DNA of 64,000 nt, from NCBI RefSeq assembly GCF_050739655.1, contig NZ_JBOIBY010000175.1:1666-65665 (forward strand), written 5' to 3'. Under the pieces are notes generated by a model, which had not been told where the DNA came from, ran no database searches, and saw only the letters and a program-made list of their open reading frames with translations. A program made the position numbers and the translations under genes. Origin of the DNA: Pseudomonas sp. (GTDB lineage: Bacteria > Pseudomonadota > Gammaproteobacteria > Pseudomonadales > Pseudomonadaceae). Below are positions 1-9,796 of this stretch, in pieces. Each line of letters starts with the position of its first letter. Within the stretch, counting starts at the first letter, position 1.

Positions 1-806
1 TGACCAACATGGACGCACTGACCATTCCCGCGGCCGGTGGCGTCGACAGCACCGCGCTGATCGTCAGCGACTTCTCCAATGGCAACGACGGCATCGTGCT
101 CAAGGGTGAAGGCAAGACAGTCACCGACCTCAAGGGAATGGACGTCAATCTGGTCGAGCTTTCGGTGTCCCACTACCTGTTGGCCCGCGCCCTCGATTCG
201 GTGGACCTCACCGAGAAAGACCTGAAGGTGGTCAACACCTCCGACGCCGACATCTCGGCGGCCTTCAACACCGATCAGGTCAACGCCGTCACCACCTGGA
301 ACCCGATGCTCTCGGACATCAAGGCCAAGCCAGCGGTCAGCGAAGTGTTCAACTCCAGCCAGATCCCTGGCGAGATCATGGACATGATGGTGGTCAACTC
401 CCAGACCCTCAAAGACAACCCTGCCCTGGGCAAAGCCTTGACCGGTGCGTGGTTTGAAGTGGTTGAGTTGATGAACGCGAAAAACGCTACCGGCAAGGCT
501 GCACTTGAACACATGGCCAAAGCGTCCGGCACTGATCTCGCGGGGTTCCAGGCACAACTGGACACCACCAAATTGTTTGCCACGCCCCAGGAAGCCCTGG
601 CGTTCAGCACCAGCAAGCAATTGCCGGACACCATGCGCAGGGTCGCCGAGTTCTCTTTCCAGCACGGCTTGCTGGGTGAAGGCGCCAAGGACACCAGCGC
701 GGTCGGCATGGCCTTCGCCAATGGCGTGACCAGCGGCGACAAGGGCAACCTCAAGCTGCGCTTCGATCCGAGCTACGTGCAAATGGCCGTAGACGCCAAG
801 TTGTAA
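1..806 (+). CDS. ABC transporter substrate-binding protein (urea-carboxylase-associated, probably guanidine uptake); 5' end outside window
   Basis: Open frame from window edge to TAA at 806; NMT1/SsuA-like motifs (DFSNGNDGI, TTWNP); first gene of the ABC-DUF1989-carboxylase cluster. Confidence 0.85.
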   Translation, partial: TNMDALTIPAAGGVDSTALIVSDFSNGNDGIVLKGEGKTVTDLKGMDVNLVELSVSHYLLARALDSVDLTEKDLKVVNTSDADISAAFNTDQVNAVTTWNPMLSDIKAKPAVSEVFNSSQIPGEIMDMMVVNSQTLKDNPALGKALTGAWFEVVELMNAKNATGKAALEHMAKASGTDLAGFQAQLDTTKLFATPQEALAFSTSKQLPDTMRRVAEFSFQHGLLGEGAKDTSAVGMAFANGVTSGDKGNLKLRFDPSYVQMAVDAKL

Positions 807-821
807 GAAGAGGACTTGGCC

Positions 822-1637
822 ATGCGCCTGATCAATCGCCACCCGGATCGCCCGAGTCGCCTGATGTTGGTGATCCTGCCATTCGCCCTGGTGCTGCTGG
901 CCTACTTCATGGGTTCGGCCGAGCGACTGGCGGACAACCCCAACGACAAGCTGTTGCCCAGCGCCGTGCAGATGACGGACGCGGTGAAACGCCTGGCCTT
1001 CAGCGCCGACAGCCGCACCGGTGAATACGTGCTTTGGCAAGACAGCGCTTCCAGTCTGCGACGCCTGGCCATCGGCCTGGGCATCAGCGCACTGGCCGGG
1101 CTCTGCCTGGGCATCGCCGCTGGCACCCTGCCGCTGTTCGGTGCGCCGTTGTCGCCGCTGCTGACGGTGCTTTCAATGGTGCCACCGCTGGCAATCCTGC
1201 CCATTCTGTTCATCGTTTTCGGCCTGGGCGAGTTGTCGAAAGTGATGCTGATCGTGATCGGCATCACCCCGGCGCTGGCTCGGGACCTTGAGCAGAGGGC
1301 CAGGGAAATCCCGGTGGAGTTGCTGATCAAGGCCCAAACCCTCGGTGCTTCGACCTGGACCTTGATGCTGCGGGTGGTGTTGCCGCAATTGCTGCCACGG
1401 CTACTGATCTCCCTGCGCTTGATGCTGGGTTCGGCGTGGCTGTTCCTGATTGCCGCCGAAGCGATCGCCTCCACCGACGGCCTCGGCTATCGGATTTTCC
1501 TGGTGCGTCGCTACCTCGCGATGGACGTAATCCTGCCGTACGTGGTGTGGATCACCCTGCTCGCCTGGCTGATGGATTGGGGCCTGAAACGCCTGACCCA
1601 CCGCGCATTCCCCTGGTATGAAGGAGCGCGCGCATGA
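822..1637 (+). CDS. ABC transporter permease (urea-carboxylase-associated)
   Basis: Hydrophobic segments, EAA-loop-like LIKAQTLGAS; RBS GAGG upstream; overlaps the ATPase start. Confidence 0.9.
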   Translation: MRLINRHPDRPSRLMLVILPFALVLLAYFMGSAERLADNPNDKLLPSAVQMTDAVKRLAFSADSRTGEYVLWQDSASSLRRLAIGLGISALAGLCLGIAAGTLPLFGAPLSPLLTVLSMVPPLAILPILFIVFGLGELSKVMLIVIGITPALARDLEQRAREIPVELLIKAQTLGASTWTLMLRVVLPQLLPRLLISLRLMLGSAWLFLIAAEAIASTDGLGYRIFLVRRYLAMDVILPYVVWITLLAWLMDWGLKRLTHRAFPWYEGARA

Positions 1638-2422
1638 GCTTCATCACGGTGAAAAATGTCTGGCAGCAATACGCCGATCAGGTGGTACTCGAAGGCCTGA
1701 ACCTGAGCGTCAACGAGGGTGAGTTCTGCACACTGGTGGGCGCTTCAGGTTGCGGTAAATCGACCTTCCTGCGCTTGCTGCTCGGCCAGGAACGCGCCAG
1801 TCGCGGCGAAATCCTGCTCGACGGCCAACCCCTGGCCGGCGAACCCGATGCCAGCCGTGGCGTCGTGTTTCAGCGCTACTCGGTGTTCCCGCATTTGAGC
1901 GTACTGGACAACGTCGCCCTCGGTCTCGAACTGCCACGCTCGCCATTGCTCGGGCGCTTGTTTGGCGGCGCTAAAAAAGAGGCTCGCGATCAGGCCTCGG
2001 TGCTGCTGCACAAAGTCGGCCTTGGCCACTCGCTGGACAAGTACCCATCGCAGCTTTCCGGTGGCATGCAGCAACGATTGGCCATCGCTCAGGCGTTGAT
2101 CATGAAACCCCGTGTGTTGCTGCTCGACGAGCCGTTCGGCGCCCTTGATTCGGGCATCCGTAAAGACATGCACGCCTTGCTGCTTGAGCTGTGGCGCGAG
2201 ACGCAACTGACGGTGTTCATGGTCACCCATGACCTGTCTGAAGGTTTCAGCCTCGGCACCCGTTTGCTGGTGTTCGACAAGGTCCGCGTCGACCCGCACG
2301 CCCCCGGTGCCTATGGCGCGCGCATTACCTATGACATCCCTTTGAACAGCGACCGCCGCGCACAGCGCGCCGCCGTCGACGCCTTGCCGGTGCAACTGGC
2401 GGGCTCACTTCGAACCGCTTGA
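1634..2422 (+). CDS. ABC transporter ATP-binding protein
   Basis: Walker A GASGCGKS, signature LSGGMQQ, Walker B LLLDE, H-loop VTHD. Confidence 0.95.
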   Translation: MSFITVKNVWQQYADQVVLEGLNLSVNEGEFCTLVGASGCGKSTFLRLLLGQERASRGEILLDGQPLAGEPDASRGVVFQRYSVFPHLSVLDNVALGLELPRSPLLGRLFGGAKKEARDQASVLLHKVGLGHSLDKYPSQLSGGMQQRLAIAQALIMKPRVLLLDEPFGALDSGIRKDMHALLLELWRETQLTVFMVTHDLSEGFSLGTRLLVFDKVRVDPHAPGAYGARITYDIPLNSDRRAQRAAVDALPVQLAGSLRTA

Positions 2423-2435
2423 GAGGACTCTGGAC

Positions 2436-3161
2436 ATGACTGATTCGACCCAACTGTTCCCGCCCTTCGCCGAAGAAATGCTCCCCGGCGGCGGCCATCG
2501 TTCCTTCGTGCTCAAACGCGGTCAATTGCTGCGCCTGACCGACATTCGCGGCGGCGCCAACGTCAGCCTGACGCTGCTCAATGCCAATGAAAAAACCGAA
2601 CGCTTGAACCTGCCCGACAGCCTCAAATGCCAACACACCGCCAAGCTCACCACCGGTCACTGCCTGTACTCGGACATGGGCCGCGTATTGGCTGCCATTA
2701 CCGCCGACACATGCGGTTGGAGCGACAGCCTTGGCGGTGTGCTCTGTGCTGAAGAAGTCGCACAAAAGTACGGTGCGGGCCGCTATCAGGAGCTGCGCAA
2801 CGGCTTCTTCCGCAACGGCACCGACAACCTGCTGGTGGAGCTGGGCAAGTGGGGTTTGGGCCTGTCGGATTTGCTGATGACCCTCAATCTGTTCAGCCGC
2901 GTGAACGTCGATGACGCCGGGCGCTTGCACTTTGTCGAGGGCAACTCGAAGGCCGGCGACTACATCGAGTTGTACGCACCGATGGACACCCTGGTGGTGC
3001 TCACTGCCCTGCAGCATCCGATGGACCCCTCGCCTGAGTACGCGCCCAAACCGCTGAAACTCAGCTGGATGAACGCCGACGCCAGCGTCGCCGAACACTG
3101 CCGAATCTCGCGCCCGGAAAACGAGCGCGGCTTTATCAATACCGACCGTCTGTTCGCTTGA
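2436..3161 (+). CDS. cgdA: Urea-carboxylase-associated DUF1989 protein (carboxyguanidine deiminase subunit A-like)
   Basis: DUF1989-type motifs ([24 protein letters not shown]); paired with a second DUF1989 gene upstream of the carboxylase. Confidence 0.8.
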   Translation: MTDSTQLFPPFAEEMLPGGGHRSFVLKRGQLLRLTDIRGGANVSLTLLNANEKTERLNLPDSLKCQHTAKLTTGHCLYSDMGRVLAAITADTCGWSDSLGGVLCAEEVAQKYGAGRYQELRNGFFRNGTDNLLVELGKWGLGLSDLLMTLNLFSRVNVDDAGRLHFVEGNSKAGDYIELYAPMDTLVVLTALQHPMDPSPEYAPKPLKLSWMNADASVAEHCRISRPENERGFINTDRLFA

Positions 3162-3172
3162 GGATTGCTGCC

Positions 3173-3823
3173 ATGTCACTCGCTACCGTCACCGCCGTTA
3201 ACACCAGCAGGCAGCCAGAATCCGCGATCTACCGCGCCACCATTCCCGCCGGTGAACCCTGGCTGATGGAAGTCAAGGCCGGGCAGACCTTGCGCATCCT
3301 CGACCTGGAAGGCAATCAGGCCGTAGACACCCTCTTCTACAGCGTCGCCAACCCGAAAGAACGCTATGACGTGCAGCGCACGCTGCGCCGTCAAAACAGC
3401 GTGTACCTGAGCACCGGCAGCGTGCTGTATTCCAACCTTGGCAAGCCGATGCTGACCATCGTCGCCGACACCTGCGGACGTCACGACACCCTCGGCGGTG
3501 CCTGTGCGCAAGAGAGCAACACCGTGCGCTATGCCCTGGAAAAACGCTACATGCACAGCTGCCGCGATAACTACCTGCGCGCCTGCGTGCATGACGGGCG
3601 GCTGGGCAAGGGCGACATCGGACCGAACATCAATTTCTTCATGAACGTGCCGGTCACCGCCGACGGCGGGCTGACCTTCGAAGACGGGATTTCCGCACCG
3701 GGCAAATACGTCGACCTGCGCGCTGAAATGGACGTGATCGTACTGATCTCCAACTGCCCGCAACTGAACAACCCGTGCAACGGCTACAACCCAACCCCGG
3801 CGGAGTTGTTGGTATGGAATTGA
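3173..3823 (+). CDS. cgdB: Urea-carboxylase-associated DUF1989 protein (carboxyguanidine deiminase subunit B-like)
   Basis: [31 protein letters not shown] motifs; ATG at 3173 after GAGGA. Confidence 0.8.
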   Translation: MSLATVTAVNTSRQPESAIYRATIPAGEPWLMEVKAGQTLRILDLEGNQAVDTLFYSVANPKERYDVQRTLRRQNSVYLSTGSVLYSNLGKPMLTIVADTCGRHDTLGGACAQESNTVRYALEKRYMHSCRDNYLRACVHDGRLGKGDIGPNINFFMNVPVTADGGLTFEDGISAPGKYVDLRAEMDVIVLISNCPQLNNPCNGYNPTPAELLVWN

Positions 3824-3905
3824 AATTCTCGCGGTTGCGGCGTTGGCTGTTTGCCCTGTGCCAAGCCCGTTCTGGCCAGTGCCTCAAACAGCAAGAACAC
3901 CACTA

Positions 3906-4005
3906 AACCCTGTGGGAGCGGGCTTGCCCGCGATGGCGGTGTATCAGACAACCTCAATGTTGTATGTACTGGCCTCATCGCTGGCAAGCCAGCTCCCACA
4001 GGGTT
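3906..4005. repeat. REPIN (inverted GTGG-type REP doublet)
   Basis: AACCCTGTGGGAGCGGGCTTGCCCGCGATG ... CATCGCTGGCAAGCCAGCTCCCACAGGGTT inverted pair, typical fluorescens-group REP. Confidence 0.9.
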
Positions 4006-4036
4006 CGATGGTGATCTGAAGAGAACTGATTCTGCC

Positions 4037-4084
4037 GTCGGGGACGACCCCGGCGCTCATCGAAAAACTGCGGGACGGCCCGCA
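4037..4084 (+). ncRNA. Guanidine-II (mini-ykkC) riboswitch
   Basis: Two GC hairpins with ACGR tetraloops: GTCGGGG-ACGA-CCCCGGC (4037-4054) and TGCGGG-ACGG-CCCGCA (4069-4084), 14-nt linker, about 20 nt before the carboxylase ATG. Confidence 0.85.
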
Positions 4085-4104
4085 TCCCCATCAGGGGTTA
4101 TGCC

Positions 4105-7100
4105 ATGTTCGAAAAAGTCCTGATTGCCAACCGTGGCGCGATTGCCTGCCGCATCCTGCGCACCCTGCGTGAACTGCAAGTCCAGGGCGTTGCCGTGTAC
4201 TCCGAGGCCGATGCCGCCAGCCTGCACATCCTGCAAGCCGACGCCGCCCACAGCCTGGGTGAAGGCGCAGCCGCGGGCACTTATCTGGCGGTCGATAAAA
4301 TCCTCGGCATCGCCAAATCCAGCGGCGCCACCGCGATCCATCCTGGCTACGGTTTTCTCTCGGAAAACGCCGCATTCGCCGAAGCCTGTGAAGCCGCAGG
4401 CATCGCCTTTATCGGCCCGACGCCAGAACAGCTGCGCGTGTTCGGCCTCAAGCACACCGCCCGCGCACTGGCCAAGCAACATGGCGTACCGATGCTCGAA
4501 GGCACCGAACTGCTCGATAGCCTCGACGCGGCGTTGATCGCTGGTGAACAGGTCGGTTACCCGGTCATGCTCAAAAGCACTGCCGGTGGTGGTGGCATCG
4601 GCATGCGCGTGTGCCGCAGCGCTGCCGAGTTGAGCGAATCCTTCGAGGCGGTCAAACGCCTTGGCCAGAACAACTTCAGCGACGCCGGTGTGTTCATTGA
4701 GAAGTACATCCAGCGCGCCCGGCATCTGGAAGTGCAGGTGTTCGGCGACGGCCGGGGTGAAGTGATCGCACTCGGCGTGCGTGACTGCTCGGTACAGCGG
4801 CGCAACCAGAAAGTCCTCGAAGAAACCCCGGCACCGAACCTGCCCGAGGGCATGGCCGATGAGCTGTGTGCCGCCGCGATCAAACTGGCCAAAGCGGTGA
4901 ATTACCGCAGCGCTGGCACCGTGGAGTTCGTATTCGACAGTGACGCCCAGCGCTTCTATTTTCTGGAAGTGAACACCCGTTTGCAGGTCGAACATGGCGT
5001 CACCGAACAGGTGTGGGGCGTCGACCTGGTGCGCTGGATGGTGCAACTGGCGGCCGGTGATCTGCCTCCGCTGGGTGAGTTGTTTGAGGGTTTGAAACCG
5101 CAGGGCCATGCAATCCAGGCACGCTTGTATGCCGAAGATCCAGGACGGGATTTTCAGCCGAGCCCTGGTTTGCTCACCGCCGTGAATTTTCCGCCGGCCA
5201 ACGGCATTCAACTGCGCATCGACACCTGGGTCGAAGCCGGATGCGAGATCCCGCCGTACTTCGACCCGATGATCGCCAAGGTCATCAGTTGGGCACAGAC
5301 CCGCGAACAGGCCCGCGCCGAGTTGCATCAAGCCCTCGGCGACAGCCAACTGTATGGCGTGGAAACCAACCGTGACTATCTGCGGCAGATTCTGCTCGAT
5401 ACCCCTTTTGCCAGCGGCCAGCCGTGGACTCGCTGCCTGGAAGGGCTGGTGTATCGGGCCAACACGTTCGAGGTGATCAGCGCAGGTACGCAAACCAGTG
5501 TTCAGGATTACCCCGGTCGCCTCGGCTACTGGGCGGTGGGCGTGCCGCCATCGGGGCCGATGGACAGTCGCGCGCTGCGGCTGGGCAACCTGATGCTGGG
5601 TAACGATGAAGGCGCAGCGGCGCTGGAAATCACCATGAGCGGGCCGCTGCTGCGCTTCAATTGCGATGCGGTGGTGGCGGTCACCGGGGCGACGATCCCG
5701 TTAACGCTGAACGGCGAAACGGTGCCGATGAACACCACGCTATTGGTTGCGGCCGGCGCAACACTGAGTCTCGGCACCATCGCCGGCGCAGGTGCACGCA
5801 GTTATCTATGCCTGCGTGGCGGCCTGCAAGTGCCGGATTACCTGGGCAGCAAAAGCACTTTCACCCTTGGCCAGTTCGGCGGCCATGGCGGTCGTGCGTT
5901 GCGTGCGGGGGATGTGTTGCATGTACCAGCGTTGGGTGACCGCAGCGTTGATCAGCAACTGGCTGAAGATCAAACCGTCGAGTTGCCCGACGTGCGGCAG
6001 ATCCGGGTGATCTACGGCCCGCACGGAGCCCCGGAATACTTCACCGAAAACTACATCGGCACCTTCTTCGCCACCCAATGGGAAGTGCATTTCAACTCCA
6101 GCCGCACCGGCGTGCGACTGATCGGACCGAAACCGGAATGGGTGCGGGCCGACGGCGGTGAAGCGGGTCTGCATCCGTCGAACATTCACGACAATCCCTA
6201 CGCGATTGGTGCGGTGGACTTCACCGGTGACATGCCGGTGATCCTCGGTCCCGACGGCCCGAGCCTGGGTGGGTTCGTGTGCCCGGTGACAGTGATCGAA
6301 GCGGATCTTTGGCAGTTGGGACAACTGAAGGCCGGAGATAAGGTGCAGTTCCTCCCAGTCGATATCAAAACCGCCCGCGCGCTCGCCTGCAAATGGGATA
6401 CCTGTGGGAGCTGGCTCGCCAGCGATGGGGCCCGACCAGACACCGCATCAACTTCATCGCTGGCAAGCCAGCTCCCACAGAGTCTTGTGTCGCCTGTTGT
6501 TTTGGAGTTGGGTCAGGGAGACAAGAAACTGGTCGCAAGACTCTCCGGCGATACTCATTTGCTGCTGGAAATCGGCGCCCCTGAACTGGACCTCGTCCTG
6601 CGCTTCCGCGCCCACGCCCTCATGCAAGCCTTGGAAAGCAAACACCTGCCGGGCGTCATCGACCTCACCCCGGGCATCCGCTCGCTGCAAGTGCATTACC
6701 AGCCCGAGCAACTGTCGCTCTCCGACCTGCTCGGCATCGTCGCCGGTGAATGGGATGCCGTGTGCGCTGCCAAAGACCTGCAAGTGCCGTCGCGTATCGT
6801 GCATCTACCGCTGTCCTGGGACGACCCGGCTTGCCAGTTGGCCATCGAGAAATACATGACCACCGTGCGTAAGGACGCGCCGTGGTGCCCCAGCAATCTG
6901 GAGTTCATCCGCCGCATCAACGACCTGCCGAATCTCGATGAAGTGCAGCGCACGGTGTTCGACGCCAGCTATCTGGTGATGGGTTTGGGCGACGTCTACC
7001 TTGGTGCCCCCGTCGCCACCCCGCTCGACCCGCGCCATCGCCTGGTGACCACCAAATACAACCCGGCCCGCACCTGGACCGCGGAAAACTCGGTGGGCAT

Positions 7101-7737
7101 CGGCGGCGCCTACATGTGCGTGTACGGCATGGAAGGCCCCGGTGGTTATCAGTTCGTCGGGCGCACGTTGCAGATGTGGAACCGCTACCGCGAGGTCGCC
7201 GCGTTCGATGGCAAGCCGTGGCTGCTGCGCTTCTTCGACCAGATCCGTTTTTACCCGGTCAGCGCCGATGAACTGCTGCAAATCCGCCGAGATTTTCCCC
7301 TCGGGCGCTTCGACCTGAATATCGAGCACAGTCAGCTGAATCTCGCGGATTACCAGGCGTTTCTGACGCGAGAAGCCGAGACCATCGGCGCTTTTCGTGA
7401 TCAACAACAGGCCGCGTTCAATGCCGAGCGCGAGCGCTGGATCGCCAGTGGCCAGGCGCATTTCGACAGTGAAGAGCTGGCCGTGGAGGCAACCGAGGAT
7501 GCGCCGCTGGGCAACGGCCAGCAGAGTGTCGACAGCCACATCGCCGGCAACCTCTGGCAGGTGCAGGTGCAGACCGGTAGCCGGGTCGAGGCCGGTGATG
7601 TGCTGGTGATTCTGGAGTCGATGAAGATGGAAATCCCCGTGCTCGCCCCGATGGCCGGCGTGGTCCGCGAGATTCGCGTGCAACCCGGTTCCGCCGTGCG
7701 CGCCGGACAGCGCGTCGTGGTGCTGGAACTTGACTGA
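4105..7737 (+). CDS. uca: Urea/guanidine carboxylase (biotin-dependent)
   Basis: Biotin carboxylase N-terminus (LIANRGAIA, HPGYGFLSEN, RDCSVQRRNQK, EVNTRLQVEH), carboxyltransferase domains, C-terminal biotin site ESMKM. Confidence 0.95.
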   Translation: MFEKVLIANRGAIACRILRTLRELQVQGVAVYSEADAASLHILQADAAHSLGEGAAAGTYLAVDKILGIAKSSGATAIHPGYGFLSENAAFAEACEAAGIAFIGPTPEQLRVFGLKHTARALAKQHGVPMLEGTELLDSLDAALIAGEQVGYPVMLKSTAGGGGIGMRVCRSAAELSESFEAVKRLGQNNFSDAGVFIEKYIQRARHLEVQVFGDGRGEVIALGVRDCSVQRRNQKVLEETPAPNLPEGMADELCAAAIKLAKAVNYRSAGTVEFVFDSDAQRFYFLEVNTRLQVEHGVTEQVWGVDLVRWMVQLAAGDLPPLGELFEGLKPQGHAIQARLYAEDPGRDFQPSPGLLTAVNFPPANGIQLRIDTWVEAGCEIPPYFDPMIAKVISWAQTREQARAELHQALGDSQLYGVETNRDYLRQILLDTPFASGQPWTRCLEGLVYRANTFEVISAGTQTSVQDYPGRLGYWAVGVPPSGPMDSRALRLGNLMLGNDEGAAALEITMSGPLLRFNCDAVVAVTGATIPLTLNGETVPMNTTLLVAAGATLSLGTIAGAGARSYLCLRGGLQVPDYLGSKSTFTLGQFGGHGGRALRAGDVLHVPALGDRSVDQQLAEDQTVELPDVRQIRVIYGPHGAPEYFTENYIGTFFATQWEVHFNSSRTGVRLIGPKPEWVRADGGEAGLHPSNIHDNPYAIGAVDFTGDMPVILGPDGPSLGGFVCPVTVIEADLWQLGQLKAGDKVQFLPVDIKTARALACKWDTCGSWLASDGARPDTASTSSLASQLPQSLVSPVVLELGQGDKKLVARLSGDTHLLLEIGAPELDLVLRFRAHALMQALESKHLPGVIDLTPGIRSLQVHYQPEQLSLSDLLGIVAGEWDAVCAAKDLQVPSRIVHLPLSWDDPACQLAIEKYMTTVRKDAPWCPSNLEFIRRINDLPNLDEVQRTVFDASYLVMGLGDVYLGAPVATPLDPRHRLVTTKYNPARTWTAENSVGIGGAYMCVYGMEGPGGYQFVGRTLQMWNRYREVAAFDGKPWLLRFFDQIRFYPVSADELLQIRRDFPLGRFDLNIEHSQLNLADYQAFLTREAETIGAFRDQQQAAFNAERERWIASGQAHFDSEELAVEATEDAPLGNGQQSVDSHIAGNLWQVQVQTGSRVEAGDVLVILESMKMEIPVLAPMAGVVREIRVQPGSAVRAGQRVVVLELD
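6402..6480. repeat. REPIN located in-frame within the carboxylase CDS
   Basis: CTGTGGGAGCTGGCTCGCCAGCGATG ... CATCGCTGGCAAGCCAGCTCCCACAG, same family as 3906-4005; reading frame stays open. Confidence 0.9.
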
Positions 7738-7762
7738 ACCCATTTTGAACAGGACTGACACC

Positions 7763-9541
7763 ATGAACATCAATCTGCAACTCGATGCCCTGCGCAACGC
7801 TTACCGCGACGGCAGCACCACGCCCCGAGAACTGTTGCTGAACCTGCGGGACAAAGCCGCGGCGCTCAATCCGGACTATCACCTGTTTATCCATCTGCTC
7901 AGTGTGGAGGAGCTGGAACCGTACCTCGCCGGCCTCGATGGCCGCGATATCGACAGCTTGCCGCTCTATGGCGTCCCGTTTGCGATCAAGGACAACATCG
8001 ACCTCGCCGGCATTGCGACGACGGCGGCCTGCCCGGCGTTTGCCTATGTGCCGCAGCGTTCGGCAACCATCGTTGAGCAACTGCTGGCGCTGGGAGCGAT
8101 CCCGTTGGGAAAGACCAACCTCGATCAATTCGCCACCGGCCTCAACGGCAGTCGCTCGCCGTATGGCGCGTGCCCGAACAGCGTGTTGCCCGAGTATCCA
8201 TCGGGTGGCTCCAGCGCCGGCTCTTCACTGGCGGTGGCGTTGGGCGTGGCCAGTTTTTCGTTGGGCACTGACACGGCGGGCTCCGGACGCGTGCCAGCGG
8301 CGTTGAACAATCTGGTCGGATTGAAGGCCAGCAAAGGGCTGATTTCCACCGCAGGCGTAGTGCCGGCCTGTCGCACGCTCGATTGCGTCACCACGTTTAC
8401 CGCGACCGCCCGGGAGGCGAGTCAGCTGCTGGCATTGACCGCAAAACTCGACCCTCGGGACGAGTACAGCCGCAGTAATCCATTGTGGAATGACGGCTCG
8501 GCGTTTGGTGTACCGCGCCCGTTCCGATTTGGGGTGCCCCGGGCGCAGGACCTGGAATTTTTCGGGTGCGCTGAAGGGCCGGTGTTGTTCGGTGATGCCG
8601 TTGAGCAACTCAAGAGTCTGGGCGGCGAAGCGGTGGAACTGGATCTGACGCCGTTCCTCGAAGCCGCACGCCTGCTTTATGAAGGACCTTGGGTGGCCGA
8701 GCGCTACAGCGTGGCCGGTGAACTGATGGAGCAAAATCCCGAAGCCGTGCTGCCGGTGATCCGCGCCGTACTGGCCAAGGCGCCAGCCGTCAGCGGCGTA
8801 CAAACCTTCCGCGCCCAATACCGCCTGCAAGCGCTCAAAGCCCTGTGCGACAAAGCTTTGGATGGCCTTGATTGCGTGGTCACTCCCACCATCGGTCGCC
8901 CCGTAACGCTGGCAGAACTGGACGCAGAACCGGTACTGCGCAATTCGGAATTGGGTTACTACACCAACTTCATGAACCTGCTCGACTACGCCGCCGTCGC
9001 TGTACCTAGCGGGTTCATGAGCAACGGCCTGCCGTGGGGCGTGACGTTGTTTGGCCGGGCGTTCACCGATCAATATCTGCTGGGCGTTGCCGATGCTCTG
9101 CAGCGTCAGAAAGGCTTGGCGGCCCCTGCCCCGACGACCGTTGCACGCCATGACTGGGCTCGACTGGTGGTCTGCGGTGCGCACCTGGATGGCTTGGCGT
9201 TGAACTGGCAGCTCAAACAACGCGGCGCTCGATTGCTGGAAACGACCTTCAGCTCACCCGACTATCAACTCTATGCACTCGCTGGTGGCCCACCGTTTCG
9301 CCCAGGCATGGTCCGCGTGAAAGACAGTGGCGTGGCCATTGCCGTGGAAGTCTGGGAGTTGCCGAGCAGTGAGTTGGGCTCGTTCCTGACCGGGATTCCA
9401 GCGCCGCTGGGGCTGGGCAAGGTGCAATTGGCGGATGGTCGCTGGGAAAGCGGCTTTATCTGTGAGGCGTATGGGCTGGAAGGAGCAACCGAAATCAGCC
9501 ATCTCGGCGGATGGCGTGCGTACCTTAAAAGCCTAGCCTGA
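7763..9541 (+). CDS. atzF: Allophanate hydrolase
   Basis: Amidase signature (KDNID, GGSSAGS, GTDTAGSGRVPA) plus C-terminal VCGAHL domain; follows the carboxylase. Confidence 0.92.
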   Translation: MNINLQLDALRNAYRDGSTTPRELLLNLRDKAAALNPDYHLFIHLLSVEELEPYLAGLDGRDIDSLPLYGVPFAIKDNIDLAGIATTAACPAFAYVPQRSATIVEQLLALGAIPLGKTNLDQFATGLNGSRSPYGACPNSVLPEYPSGGSSAGSSLAVALGVASFSLGTDTAGSGRVPAALNNLVGLKASKGLISTAGVVPACRTLDCVTTFTATAREASQLLALTAKLDPRDEYSRSNPLWNDGSAFGVPRPFRFGVPRAQDLEFFGCAEGPVLFGDAVEQLKSLGGEAVELDLTPFLEAARLLYEGPWVAERYSVAGELMEQNPEAVLPVIRAVLAKAPAVSGVQTFRAQYRLQALKALCDKALDGLDCVVTPTIGRPVTLAELDAEPVLRNSELGYYTNFMNLLDYAAVAVPSGFMSNGLPWGVTLFGRAFTDQYLLGVADALQRQKGLAAPAPTTVARHDWARLVVCGAHLDGLALNWQLKQRGARLLETTFSSPDYQLYALAGGPPFRPGMVRVKDSGVAIAVEVWELPSSELGSFLTGIPAPLGLGKVQLADGRWESGFICEAYGLEGATEISHLGGWRAYLKSLA

Positions 9542-9573
9542 CCGCGTAATGCTGATCGCTTAAACGAATGAAG

Positions 9574-9684
9574 GTAGGAGCAGCCGGTCGACGCTCGATT
9601 GCTCGCGAAAAACACGCAGACGCCGCAACCATTCAGGGAGCTCGCGTCATCGTTAGCGTTTTTCGCGAGCAAGCTCGCTCCTAC
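9574..9684. repeat. REPIN (GTAG-type REP doublet, left copy degenerate)
   Basis: GTAGGAGC...TTGCTCGCGAAAAAC and GTTTTTCGCGAGCAAGCTCGCTCCTAC in inverted orientation. Confidence 0.75.
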
Positions 9685-9796
9685 AAGTTTTTGCAGAGTA
9701 ATGGAGGAACGACCATTCGCGGCGCACATGGAGCAGTTATTTCCCGGCAGTTACCATTAGAATGCGTGCCATCGGATTACTGACAATGGAATTGCC

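Noticed and set aside
3851..4123. Short ORFs over REP elements (also 9568-9783 and 13474-13880)
   Set aside because: They are translations of REPINs, the riboswitch or the tRNA
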